Of a stretch of 29,977 nt of DNA, positions 1-7,893 are shown one piece after another. The translations under genes were made by a program, and so were the position numbers. Below the pieces are notes generated by a model that ran no database searches, had not been told where the DNA came from, and was given only the letters and a program-made list of their open reading frames with translations. The first letter of the stretch is position 1. Every line of letters begins with the position of its first letter. Source of the DNA: a virus (lineage: Duplodnaviria; Caudoviricetes); IMG/VR virus record IMGVR_UViG_3300027874_000251, positions 1 to 29,977 of that record, one strand, 5' to 3'.

Positions 1-151
1 CGTCGATCGCAGCCTGCAGCGCGATGAAGCCGAGGTAGAGGAAGAGCAGGATCAGCTCCGAGGTGAGGCGCGCGTCCCACACCCAGTAGGTGCCCCACGT
101 CGGGCGGCCCCAGAACGAGCCGGTCCACAGCGCGACGAACGTGAACATCGC
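1..151 (-). pseudogene. ccmC: Internal fragment of heme exporter CcmC, joined in frame to a phage ORF (probable chimeric junction)
   Basis: Hand translation AMFTFVALWTGSFWGRPTWGTYWVWDARLTSELILLFLYLGFIALQAAID contains the CcmC tryptophan-rich WGxPxWGxxWxWDARLT motif. The N-terminal part of CcmC is absent. Confidence 0.9.
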
Positions 152-721
152 GAGATAGCCGCCGTGCAATAAGGCCGGTGCCGGCTTTGTCAGATGCAAG
201 GCGAAGTCGAATGGTCCGCTGCCGCCGCCAGTAAAGTATCGCGGCAGGCAAAAATCGGTCAGCAGCACGCCCCGCCAAGCGGGCTTTCGGTAAGCGTAGC
301 GATCGGCCTCGACGGCATCGCAGACCTCCTGGTAACAGTGCCAGGTGGAATGCGGTACCGGCAGGATCGTATTGGCGTCTGGATCGCCGAGCATCTCCAA
401 GAGCTCGTGCGTCGCGTCGACGGTCCATTCCTCGCCGTAAGCCATCGCATCGGCAGCAAAGACCTTGCCCTGCGGCAAGCCGCCGTCGTCGTCGTCGTGA
501 TAGCCGCCCGCGCCGGGCACGTCGCTCGTATCCATGATGTAGAGCGGCCAAGCACCGGCCGGCACGGTATCGTTGAGACCTGCGAAAGCCAGTGCCGCGC
601 CGCGGCCAGGCCAATGCGGTAGCCAATCCTCGACGACCTGCGCCCGAAAGGCGGGAACGACCGCGGCGATCTCGGCATCGCTAAGCACGGTGCAGCGATT
701 GACGATGACAATCTCGGTCAC
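152..721 (-). CDS. Zincin-like putative metallopeptidase (HExxE), 3' end lost at the junction; not in the ORF track
   Basis: GTG at 721. Translation MTEIVIVNRCTVLSDAEI...GAGGYHDDDD...DATHELLEMLGDPDAN...QEVCDAVE...LTDFCLPRYF...PFDF...LLHGGYL has no stop before the window edge. Confidence 0.7.
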
Positions 722-732
722 ACTTTGCGCTT

Positions 733-984
733 TTAGTTTTGGCTGGCGGTGACGGTCAACAGCCGGTTAGAGCCGCAATGCGTCGGGTCGATCCCGTTCG
801 CGCCGACGACGATGACGCCGCTCGGCCGGACGCGGAAATCGCCGGTATCTCCGCTCGCCGTAAAGCTGATCGGCTGGCCGTCGCCGCCGCTCATCAGGAT
901 GCGCCCGACCACCGTACCCGGCGGCGCGTCGCATGCGATCGAATAGCCAAACGCCATCGCCAGCAGCGCTGCGGTCAGTGTCAT
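733..984 (-). CDS. Small exported cadherin/Ig-like beta-sandwich protein (paralog B)
   Basis: ATG at 984 overlaps the upstream TGA (ATGA). Hydrophobic N-terminus, then C-x4-GTVV...GGDG...GDT.DF...VVGANGI...C...TVTA.Q. Confidence 0.7.
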   Translation of the reverse strand: MTLTAALLAMAFGYSIACDAPPGTVVGRILMSGGDGQPISFTASGDTGDFRVRPSGVIVVGANGIDPTHCGSNRLLTVTASQN

Positions 985-1322
985 GGCTGGGTCGCCGTGA
1001 CGGTGACGTTCTGTGTCGTGCTGCAATTCGCCGCCGCAATACCGTTCGCACCGACGACGAGATTGGCTCCAGACATCGTGAAATCGGTCGTATCGCCGGC
1101 GGTTGCTTGATAGGTCACCGGATTGCCGTCGCCGCCGGTCGTGCTCAACGCGGTCACAACGGTTCCCGCCGCGGCATTGCAAAAGATCGTCGGGCTGGCC
1201 GGGTTGGCTGCGACTTTGAGCGGCGACTGAATGGTAATCTGCACCGTCCCCGTCGTGCTACCGGCCCAGGCGGGCGGAACGACGAGCAATAGGAGCGGCA
1301 GCGCTGCGAAGACTCTGCGCAC
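981..1322 (-). CDS. Small secreted cadherin/Ig-like protein (paralog A)
   Basis: GGAGG RBS before GTG; signal peptide MRRVFAALPLLLLVVPPAWA; same motif pattern as 733..984. Confidence 0.8.
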   Translation of the reverse strand: MRRVFAALPLLLLVVPPAWAGSTTGTVQITIQSPLKVAANPASPTIFCNAAAGTVVTALSTTGGDGNPVTYQATAGDTTDFTMSGANLVVGANGIAAANCSTTQNVTVTATQP

Positions 1323-1573
1323 TAAGCCTCCGCCGTACGATCAATGCAGAATTGCGCGATATCGCGCAGACAATCGGCCGCGAAAACGTAGCCGTCGCAG
1401 GTCGACAGCACGAATTCTCGCCAAAGCCCGTGCCATTTCACAAAGGCAACCGGCTGGGCGGCAATAGACGAAGATCTGAGGCGGATCGCCCAGCGCGGCT
1501 GCCCATTCGGTCGCGGCGGCAACGGATCGAACCGCAAGTGGCCGTTGGTCCAATAGCCGTCGCACTGCTGCAA
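1322..1573 (-). CDS. Phage hypothetical protein
   Basis: VKWHGLWREF...VFAADCLRDIAQFC looks like a small phage protein; the stop abuts the next gene. Start uncertain. Confidence 0.55.
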   Translation of the reverse strand: MQQCDGYWTNGHLRFDPLPPRPNGQPRWAIRLRSSSIAAQPVAFVKWHGLWREFVLSTCDGYVFAADCLRDIAQFCIDRTAEA

Positions 1574-1657
1574 CGGAATTCCGTCCGCCTAAGCCTCCTC
1601 GCCGAGCGGCGGCCAAGCTACGCGATCGACGGTAAAGTAGCCGTTCCACATGGCAGG

Positions 1658-2227
1658 TTACTCGAGCCGCCAGATGCGCAATTCGCCGCTCTCATCGGGC
1701 TTGGCCATAAAGCGGCCCCAGCCGCGCCGCGCGGCATACAAGCAGGCGTTGCGCACGGTTCCGAGCTTGGCGTTGCCGATCTTGCGGCTCTGGCCCTTTT
1801 TGAGCGTCTTAAATCCGTATTTGTCGCCTGTCGGCGGCGGTAATTCGTGAACCGGCAACGGCACGCCATCCTCGACCTTGCCGAGTTCCACCTCGGCCGA
1901 ATGTTTGCGCGTTAATAGCTCGTAGCCTTCGCCCCAGTCGGTTTTGATCGAGTAGGGCGTCGGATCGAGCGCGGCGCGCAGGCGGCAGATATAGACCTTG
2001 ATGACACTGTCGTCAGGCGGGGCGTCAGGCTTGCTCTCATAGAGCAATGTCATCAGGCTGTCGTTTGAGACTGGGCGGCCGCGCCGACGCCAGAGAATTT
2101 CGAGGATGCGCCATTCGGTCGGCGTCAACTGCACCTTCACGACCATCCGCCGGTCGTGATCGAACCATGGCGGCGGCAGGCGCTCGGCGCCGTCGAGCTC
2201 GGCGCGGCAATGCTCACACAGCGCCAG
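1658..2227 (-). CDS. Receiver-less OmpR/PhoB-type winged-helix protein, CtrA-like, with N-terminal CxxC and a C-terminal phage domain
   Basis: LTPTEWRILEILWRRRG...LMTLLY...VIKVYICRLRAAL...IKTDWGEGY aligns by eye with the CtrA DNA-binding domain (LTGKEYQMLELL..RKG...LY...IIDVFICKLRKKL...IETVWGRGY). Start inferred at CTG 2227 after GGAGA; the track ORF runs to 2380. Confidence 0.8.
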   Translation of the reverse strand: MALCEHCRAELDGAERLPPPWFDHDRRMVVKVQLTPTEWRILEILWRRRGRPVSNDSLMTLLYESKPDAPPDDSVIKVYICRLRAALDPTPYSIKTDWGEGYELLTRKHSAEVELGKVEDGVPLPVHELPPPTGDKYGFKTLKKGQSRKIGNAKLGTVRNACLYAARRGWGRFMAKPDESGELRIWRLE

Positions 2228-2546
2228 CTTCGGATCTCCGCAATTTTGTACAGGTAAGGCGCCAGCCGGTATGCACCGGGTAGCAAAAGCGCGCGGCAAA
2301 TTCGCCGAGGCTAATGCCGAGCACCTCGAGCAATTTACCGCGGTCGGTGCGCTGTTGCTCGCCCGGCGGCGATAGGACAATGCGGTAGTCGAGGCCTTCG
2401 GCGCGGGAGAGTTCGCGGCGGATCGCTTCGGCCTTCAATTGATCGACCCGGTGCTGCAAGCCGCCGATCTCGTCGGCGAGCTGGCCGTTGGTCAGTTTGC
2501 GGCGGTTTCGCTCTTCGTCGTCGAGTGGGCGCAGCCGTTTTGGCAT
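2214..2546 (-). CDS. Phage hypothetical coiled-coil protein
   Basis: ATG at 2546 (MPKRLRPLDDEERNRRKLTNGQLADEIGGL...); tightly packed in the operon. Confidence 0.65.
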   Translation of the reverse strand: MPKRLRPLDDEERNRRKLTNGQLADEIGGLQHRVDQLKAEAIRRELSRAEGLDYRIVLSPPGEQQRTDRGKLLEVLGISLGEFAARFCYPVHTGWRLTCTKLRRSEAGAV

Positions 2547-2761
2547 GTTTCCTGGGTTTCGAGGTGGCGCAGATATTTCTCGGCCTCGCGTAGCTTTTCC
2601 CGCTCGGCGCGGCTGCGGAACGGCAAATAGCAAAGCTGGTGGTGCGTAGCGCAATAGGCCGAGCCCGGCCGTTGCCGGCGGCCGCATTGCGAGCTGTCGT
2701 CGAAGAGAAAGCGGCAGCCAAAGCCGCCGAACTCGCTCATGCCTTGCCGCGGCGTACGCAT
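2492..2761 (-). CDS. GcrA C-terminal (Zn-binding, sigma70-interacting)-like protein without the N-terminal HTH
   Basis: CRFLFDDSSQCGRRQRPGSAYCATHHQLCYLP matches the GcrA C-terminal pattern C(R/K)(W/F)...CG...G.xYCxxH...(Y/F)xP. Confidence 0.7.
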   Translation of the reverse strand: MRTPRQGMSEFGGFGCRFLFDDSSQCGRRQRPGSAYCATHHQLCYLPFRSRAEREKLREAEKYLRHLETQETCQNGCAHSTTKSETAAN

Positions 2762-2801
2762 TCCGCTAAGGATTAGCTTTCCCTAGTTGCGTGAAACTTC
2801 T

Positions 2802-2828
2802 GGCTCCCGGTCCGCCGGGGGCCGTTTT
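2802..2828. terminator. GC-rich hairpin immediately after the recombinase stop
   Basis: GGCTCCCGG-TCCG-CCGGGGGCC, followed by GTTTT on the + strand. Confidence 0.45.
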
Positions 2829-3615
2829 ATTGCCCGGCGCGCGGACCGCGTTCGTCCCGCGGATAAGCGACGCGGGCGAGGACGCGCGCGACTTGGGCGC
2901 GCGACCATTCGCGGCCGCCGCCGGGCGTCTCGATGCCGCGGGCGGTCAAAGCCCGCGCAATCTCGCCGTTGCTCGCGCAGCCGGCCTTGCGAGCGGCCTC
3001 GATATAGTCGACAACATCGGCGGCGAATTGATCGGCGCGCGCCGAGCGGACGCGGCGCGCTTCGAACGTCGCGCGACGGTCGCCGGGTTTGAGGTGCGGG
3101 TTGCCGAGCCGGGTAATCCGGCGGCCCGAGCGGCGCGCCAGCCAGGATCCATGCAACACCAGTTCGCGGCGGACGACGGCAAGCGCGTCTTTTGTGCGCT
3201 GCGCAATGCGCTTCGCCTCGTCCTCGGCGACGGCGGCCAAGATGTGGATTAGGAGCGGCGTCGCATAGGGGTTGTCACAAGCGACGAAGTCGACGCCCGA
3301 CTCCATGAGTCCGGAAATGAAATAGACGTTGCGCGCCAGGCGATCGAGCTTGCCGATGACCAAGGTCGCGCGGCGCAACCGGCAGGCCGCGAGCGCGGCG
3401 GCGATCTCAGGCCGCCGCTTTTTGTTGGTGCCGGTCTCGACCTCGCAAAACTCGGCCAAAAGCACGCCGTTTGCCGAGGCTACATGTACCGCCACCGCTT
3501 CGCGCTGCGCCTCGGGGCCGATCGCCTGCTTGCCGGTCGAGACCCGGATATAGGAGATAAAACGCGCCTGGCCGGGCGCGCTACGCGGGCCAGTATGCGC
3601 GGAAGCGCGGCGCAG
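2827..3615 (-). CDS. Serine recombinase (resolvase catalytic domain plus recombinase DNA-binding domain)
   Basis: The frame extends upstream of the track ORF to include the catalytic FISYIRVSTGKQ motif; also KLDRLARN, AVAEDEAKRIAQRTKDAL and EIARALTARGIETPGG..W. Start inferred at CTG 3615. Confidence 0.9.
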   Translation of the reverse strand: MRRASAHTGPRSAPGQARFISYIRVSTGKQAIGPEAQREAVAVHVASANGVLLAEFCEVETGTNKKRRPEIAAALAACRLRRATLVIGKLDRLARNVYFISGLMESGVDFVACDNPYATPLLIHILAAVAEDEAKRIAQRTKDALAVVRRELVLHGSWLARRSGRRITRLGNPHLKPGDRRATFEARRVRSARADQFAADVVDYIEAARKAGCASNGEIARALTARGIETPGGGREWSRAQVARVLARVAYPRDERGPRAGQ

Positions 3616-3724
3616 GGTTTTCTCCGGGGGTTCTAGGAAAGGCGTATGAGCGCGCGGCGGCGCGGCCGCTAGGGGCGCTCTAAGCGCGACTCAAAAGGAA
3701 AGGTTCGTTTGTCGGATTGAGTCG

Positions 3725-3838
3725 TTAAAGCAGGTTCGTGGAGAGCAGCCAGCGGCCGATTTCGAAGCCGACCGAGAAACAGACAACGCCGATTAGGACG
3801 AGCATTAACGCGAACGCCGTGGCGCTGCCGTCGCTCAT
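3725..3838 (-). CDS. 37-aa single-pass membrane peptide
   Basis: MSDGSATAFALMLVLIGVVCFSVGFEIGRWLLSTNLL*; starts right after the upstream stop at 3840. Confidence 0.55.
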   Translation of the reverse strand: MSDGSATAFALMLVLIGVVCFSVGFEIGRWLLSTNLL

Positions 3839-3839
3839 C

Positions 3840-4418
3840 TCAGGATCGAATGTCGCCATAAGACCGCGGCCCGTTGTAATGCGCTTCGAGCGCGCCCAAG
3901 GCGGCGACGAGGACGCCAGAGGCGGCCTCTTGCGATAGGCGCCGGCCGGCCCAGCCTTGCTCGAGCGCCCATTCCTTCAGCGACCGGCCCATGCCGACGA
4001 CATGCCAGAGACACGCGCCGCCAGCGCTAGCGAGCCCGCCGCAAGCGCAGATCGCGCGCCAGACATGCTCGCGCGCGGCAAAGACGCGGCCCGAGAGATC
4101 GCCCTCGGCGGCGCCGCCCGGCCCGCGCGCGAGGTTCGCGGCTTTTAGCGGGTCGAAATGCGCGGTTTGAAAACGGGCCCGGAAATCTTCGCCGGCCTCG
4201 CGCATCGCCCGGGTGATCGTGCCGCGGCGCTCCATGATCGCCAGCGTATCGACCGCGCGATAGGGGCGCGCAACGGCACCGGCTCCGTCGGCGATTGCCT
4301 TGTCGAGGCGCACAACTTCGCCATGCTGCAGACGTTCAGGGGGCGGCCCGATAATATCCGAAGGGGGCGGCCTACGACGTCGGCGCGACAAGATCGAATA
4401 TTCGAAATGTTCGAGCAA
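3840..4418 (-). CDS. DUF6456-domain protein (GafA/GafZ-like); probable late-gene activator or antiterminator
   Basis: DTLAIMERRGTIT...AGEDFRARF...AAREHVWRAI...CLWHVVGMGRSLKEWA...GW...ASGVLVAALGALEAHY; lies at the lambda-Q-like position downstream of the replication genes. Confidence 0.75.
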   Translation of the reverse strand: MLEHFEYSILSRRRRRPPPSDIIGPPPERLQHGEVVRLDKAIADGAGAVARPYRAVDTLAIMERRGTITRAMREAGEDFRARFQTAHFDPLKAANLARGPGGAAEGDLSGRVFAAREHVWRAICACGGLASAGGACLWHVVGMGRSLKEWALEQGWAGRRLSQEAASGVLVAALGALEAHYNGPRSYGDIRS

Positions 4419-4561
4419 AGTTCGGCGTTAGTAAAGAAGGCGCCGGGCAAGCCTAAAATAGCGCGCATCAAAAAACCGCCTCGCCGATTTAGGACGAGAC
4501 GGTTTTCGCGACTATGCCGCCTTGTATACCCTTCAATCTTGGCAGCGCAATGGCGCAATTA

Positions 4562-4849
4562 TTACCGCGCGCTTGCCGCCTTTGGCGGTAAGGTCGCGAT
4601 CGCCGGTGCTACTGCGCGGCATAAGAGCGGCGCGAGTTCAGCGAGCCGCGTAATCGCCGCCACCGCGTCGCTCGTACTTTCAGAATCGGTGCGGCGATGG
4701 CCGTACACGTCTTCCCAGATCGTCTGCAAGATAATCAGACCGCGCGCGTTGATCGCGTTAACTAAGACGAGCTTTTCATCGGGCGAGCCGTTACGCGCGG
4801 CGCGCCGCATGAGCGGCAGGAGCGCCGCCAAAGGCTCTACTGGTGGCAT
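4562..4849 (-). CDS. Hypothetical protein
   Basis: ORF in operon orientation with plausible helical composition. Confidence 0.5.
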   Translation of the reverse strand: MPPVEPLAALLPLMRRAARNGSPDEKLVLVNAINARGLIILQTIWEDVYGHRRTDSESTSDAVAAITRLAELAPLLCRAVAPAIATLPPKAASAR

Positions 4850-4871
4850 CGCTCATAAACGGGAGCGGACG

Positions 4872-5120
4872 TCAGCGCTCCCGGCTATATGCGGCTTTTT
4901 GCGTCGAACCGCCTTCGGGCGGAAACCCCGCGATCGCGTCGAGCTCGCGGGCGAAGCTATGCGCCGTCTCGCAATCCATTGCGACTTCCGAAATTACATA
5001 ACCACCGGCGCAAAACCGGATCGTCGGCCGGCCGTCGCGATAGCGCCCGACGCTCATCAATAGCGGGTGGTCGAACTCGCCGGCGGCATCGCGAACCAAT
5101 TTACGCCGCCTTGCGGCCAT
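4872..5120 (-). CDS. Hypothetical protein
   Basis: Overlaps the HU 3' end; operon orientation. Confidence 0.55.
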   Translation of the reverse strand: MAARRRKLVRDAAGEFDHPLLMSVGRYRDGRPTIRFCAGGYVISEVAMDCETAHSFARELDAIAGFPPEGGSTQKAAYSRER

Positions 5121-5391
5121 TCGCGGCCGCGTCCTTGAGTATCTTGCCCGGCTTGAACGTCGGCTTGCGCCTTTCGGCGATCGCGATCAACGCGCCGGTG
5201 TGCGGATTGCGGCCTTGCCGCGCTGGCGTGGTCTTTGTTCCAAAGTTGCCAAAACCGGCGAGTCGGACCTCGCCGCCCCGTTCGATCTCGCTCTCGATCA
5301 CCTCGAGACTTGCCTCGATAATGGTCCTAGCTAACGCGAGGCTCGTCTCGGTTTTCGCGGCGACCGCCGCAATGTATTCGCCTCTATTCAT
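5101..5391 (-). CDS. HU-family DNA-binding protein
   Basis: GGEVRLAGFGNF...ARQGRNPHTGALIAI...PTFKPGKILKDA signature; GAGG RBS. Confidence 0.95.
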   Translation of the reverse strand: MNRGEYIAAVAAKTETSLALARTIIEASLEVIESEIERGGEVRLAGFGNFGTKTTPARQGRNPHTGALIAIAERRKPTFKPGKILKDAAANGRKAA

Positions 5392-5579
5392 CGCCCCCTC
5401 CTCTTGTTTCCCGTGAAACTCGCTGTGAAATGTCGCGGCGCTGGGATAGCCGGTTTCGACCAGAGACCGCCCGCCTTCGCCGTCGATTGCAGGACGGGAT
5501 TGAAGAGTGTCCCCGTCCGCTGCGGGGCGCCGTACGGGCGCGGCGGCGCCCCCTCTCTACGCTGACCCTTGCGCATCGT
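5388..5579 (-). CDS. Small hypothetical protein
   Basis: Fills the gap between the replication gene and HU, with its stop overlapping the HU ATG. Start uncertain. Confidence 0.35.
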   Translation of the reverse strand, partial: TMRKGQRREGAPPRPYGAPQRTGTLFNPVLQSTAKAGGLWSKPAIPAPRHFTASFTGNKRRGR

Positions 5580-6132
5580 CCCTCTCTCGCTCGGCACTTA
5601 AGATCACGCGCCGTCGCGCTTCCTCGAACGGCCGCAAACCGGGATTCTGCCGGTTCCATTCCTGCCGCGCGATCTCGCGCTCGTCCTCCTCCTCGCGGAG
5701 CCGAGCCCGCCTCCGCGCGCGTTCCTGCTCCCTCGGATCGACGGTCCGCCGCAATGCGCCATACTCGGCCCACGCCGGCGCGACCTCGCGCGTCGACGCG
5801 GCGACCCAGATCGCGACGACAAAGGAGCGACTTGACCGCACGAGAACCCGCGCGCCGCGGACGACCGCCCAATCGGGGAGACCAGCGAGCGCCGCGTTGC
5901 ACGCGTCCTGGGTTATGTCGACCGCCGCGTCGTCGAGTTCGGGGACATAAAACAGCGAGCGGATCGCCGCGATACACTCGGCGAGCCAGTCCGGATCGGC
6001 CGGCGCGAAATAGCGCTCATAGGCCGCGATCGCGACCTTGGCCGCCGCGAGCTCGATCTCGTCAAGCGGCGGTGGCCGCCAATCCGTCGCCAGAACCGGG
6101 ATCGGATCCCCCCCATCCGGCGGATAGTTCAT
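5557..6132 (-). CDS. Putative replication accessory protein (helicase-loader position)
   Basis: ATG at 6132 (MNYPPDGG...); directly follows the initiator-like gene; contains ...ALAGLPDWAV... The call is positional. Confidence 0.5.
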   Translation of the reverse strand: MNYPPDGGDPIPVLATDWRPPPLDEIELAAAKVAIAAYERYFAPADPDWLAECIAAIRSLFYVPELDDAAVDITQDACNAALAGLPDWAVVRGARVLVRSSRSFVVAIWVAASTREVAPAWAEYGALRRTVDPREQERARRRARLREEEDEREIARQEWNRQNPGLRPFEEARRRVILSAERERDDAQGSA

Positions 6133-6895
6133 TCGCTCGCTGCCGCGCAGCGCGGCGGCGACGCGCGGAGTCAAACAAGGCCTGATGGGGCGAGCGACGT
6201 CGGGTAGGTGATCCGGTAAAGCCACGGGATTTTCCCCCTCGGAGCGGTAGCAGGATTTCGCCCTGTAGCGGGCTGGTGGACGGTTCCGCGGCCCGGCCGC
6301 CGCCCGGATTTCCGGCCGATGCCGCCTCCTCTCCCATTCGCGATTCGTTCATTGCCGCAAAGGGGGGTGGGGTTCCCCCCTCGTGGGGGGGACTATAGGG
6401 GGGGCCCTCTTCTCTCTTCATCTCTGAAGGGGAGTCCAGAGGGGAAGCATGTCGCAACATGCCCTCCCCCATGTCGCGCTCGGTCGATCGCGGCATGTCC
6501 GAGGCCGCCGCAACGAGATCGATAACGGCCCCGTCGCGTTCGCGACGTCTTCGGTTCGCCCGATAGCGGGCGCAGCGGGCTTTATTGCCGGTCTCGGCGA
6601 CTGTCGAGACTTTATGCGCCTGGCGTTCGGCCCAGGCGCGCAGCTTGTCGCCGGCGACCATGCCGAGGCGGACCATCTCGTGCCAGATCCGCTCGACTTC
6701 GGCGAGCGCCAGACGCCAGCGATGCGCGACGAGCTCGAGGTTGAGCCGCGCGATCGAGCCGTTGTGCTGTAACGAGTAGTCCCAGGCGCTCGACCAAACG
6801 GCCCAGACGTTGGGATAAGTCGAGCCGGCGCATTCCGCGATGAGATCGAATTTGCGATCGTCGCAGGCTCCTTCGTATTGCTTGCCCCAGCTCAT
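6062..6895 (-). CDS. Phage replication initiator (replisome organiser-type N-terminal domain)
   Basis: DDRKFDLIA...VWAVW...W.ERQ...RCARYR N-terminal pattern and a low-complexity PPYSPP linker; GGAGG RBS; located after the CII-like gene. Confidence 0.65.
   Translation of the reverse strand: MSWGKQYEGACDDRKFDLIAECAGSTYPNVWAVWSSAWDYSLQHNGSIARLNLELVAHRWRLALAEVERIWHEMVRLGMVAGDKLRAWAERQAHKVSTVAETGNKARCARYRANRRRRERDGAVIDLVAAASDMPRSTERDMGEGMLRHASPLDSPSEMKREEGPPYSPPHEGGTPPPFAAMNESRMGEEAASAGNPGGGRAAEPSTSPLQGEILLPLRGGKSRGFTGSPTRRRSPHQALFDSARRRRAARQRANELSAGWGGSDPGSGDGLAATAA
6358..6422. other. G/C homopolymer tract cluster inside the initiator gene (possible origin region)
   Basis: AAGGGGGGTGGGGTTCCCCCCTCGTGGGGGGGACTATAGGGGGGGCCCTCTTCTCTC; lambdoid origins typically lie inside the initiator gene. 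Confidence 0.35.
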
Positions 6896-7141
6896 CGCCG
6901 GCCTCCCCGAAGGGGCTCAACCGCTTGGGTTGCGGCCGTCGAGAAAACGCCACGAAAAATTGCTATATTTGAAACGGACATCCCCCTCCCCCCTAGGGTG
7001 GGTGTTTCGGAGACCCGCGTCCGGCGGCCCCTCGGGTCCCCTACCGGGGGGTTGCCGGGCGCGGCGCGTTAGTCTTCGGTGCTTTGCAGGGGCCGGGGCG
7101 GCGGCCGCGCCCGCTGTCCGACGGTGACCGGGGTCATTAGC

Positions 7142-7303
7142 TCAACCAAACGCTCTCGGGATAAGGGGAACCGCGTCGTCGCGCCGCGGCGGCCTATTGC
7201 CCGTCAGCGGCTCGCGCGGTGGCGCGGTCCGCTGCGCGAGCCAATAGAAGATCTCGCCGAGCCGCAAAAAGACGCGGAACGCCAGTCGTTGCAGTAATGC
7301 CAT
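7142..7303 (-). CDS. 53-aa hypothetical protein
   Basis: GAGGTG RBS, then MALLQRLAFRVFLRLGEIFYWLAQR...; below the track length cut-off. Confidence 0.5.
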   Translation of the reverse strand: MALLQRLAFRVFLRLGEIFYWLAQRTAPPREPLTGNRPPRRDDAVPLIPRAFG

Positions 7304-7454
7304 TTGAGCACCTCATTTGCTTCGCTGAGGCGTGTTTTTGTCATTTCTCGACCAAGCCAAGCCAAGAGCCTGTGGCGGGCGCGCTGGCCGGTTATAGTTA
7401 ATTTCGCGAAACGCGGCGGCGCGGTGGGCGATTGTCGCCCGGTCGGTCATCGCC

Positions 7455-7814
7455 TTACCCCTTTAAGCTACGGATTTCGTCGCGGAGTGCCGCGGTCTCC
7501 TCGCGCCGCGCCGCGCGGTCGGCCTCGAACTCGGCGCGCAACGCGTCGAGCCCGGCGGCGAGGCGATCGAGCCGCTGATAGAGCTGCTCGGTCGGCGGAA
7601 AGATGAACTCGGCTGCCGCCGGAAAGAGCGCCACGAGTTGGTCGAGGCGCTGCAATGTCCAGGAGCGGCCGTGGCGCAATAGGCGCGCCATGTTCGGCGA
7701 AACCCCGAGCGCTTGCGCGATGCGCTTGTCCTTAGCACCGCCGGGAAAGCTAATTTCGAGGAACGCGCCGGCGCGGCTACCAAACAACGGAATTGGCGGA
7801 TTCTCTAGTTTCAT
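7455..7814 (-). CDS. CII-like HTH regulator with C-terminal coiled coil
   Basis: ATG at 7814; KRIAQALGVSPNMARLLRHG HTH; lies between Cro and the initiator. Confidence 0.7.
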   Translation of the reverse strand: MKLENPPIPLFGSRAGAFLEISFPGGAKDKRIAQALGVSPNMARLLRHGRSWTLQRLDQLVALFPAAAEFIFPPTEQLYQRLDRLAAGLDALRAEFEADRAARREETAALRDEIRSLKG

Positions 7815-7893
7815 TGGAACGCTACGTTCTCCCCAGGCGCCGCGCGGGACGCGACAATCGTCCGCGGGGAAAGACGGGTAAGGCGCGCGACAC

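Noticed and set aside
1-151. Prophage boundary with the host chromosome in ccmC
   Set aside because: attP is intact elsewhere, the junction cuts a phage gene mid-frame, and no att repeat is present.
1322-1651. TAG read-through or recoding joining MWNGYF...EEA* (1651-1589) to the in-frame downstream ORF
   Set aside because: Single instance; other genes end normally at TAG; a downstream TTG start explains the ORF.
2827-3615. Invertase-driven tail fibre switching
   Set aside because: The recombinase is far from the fibre genes, and I saw no inverted cassette or flanking inverted repeats in the tail region.
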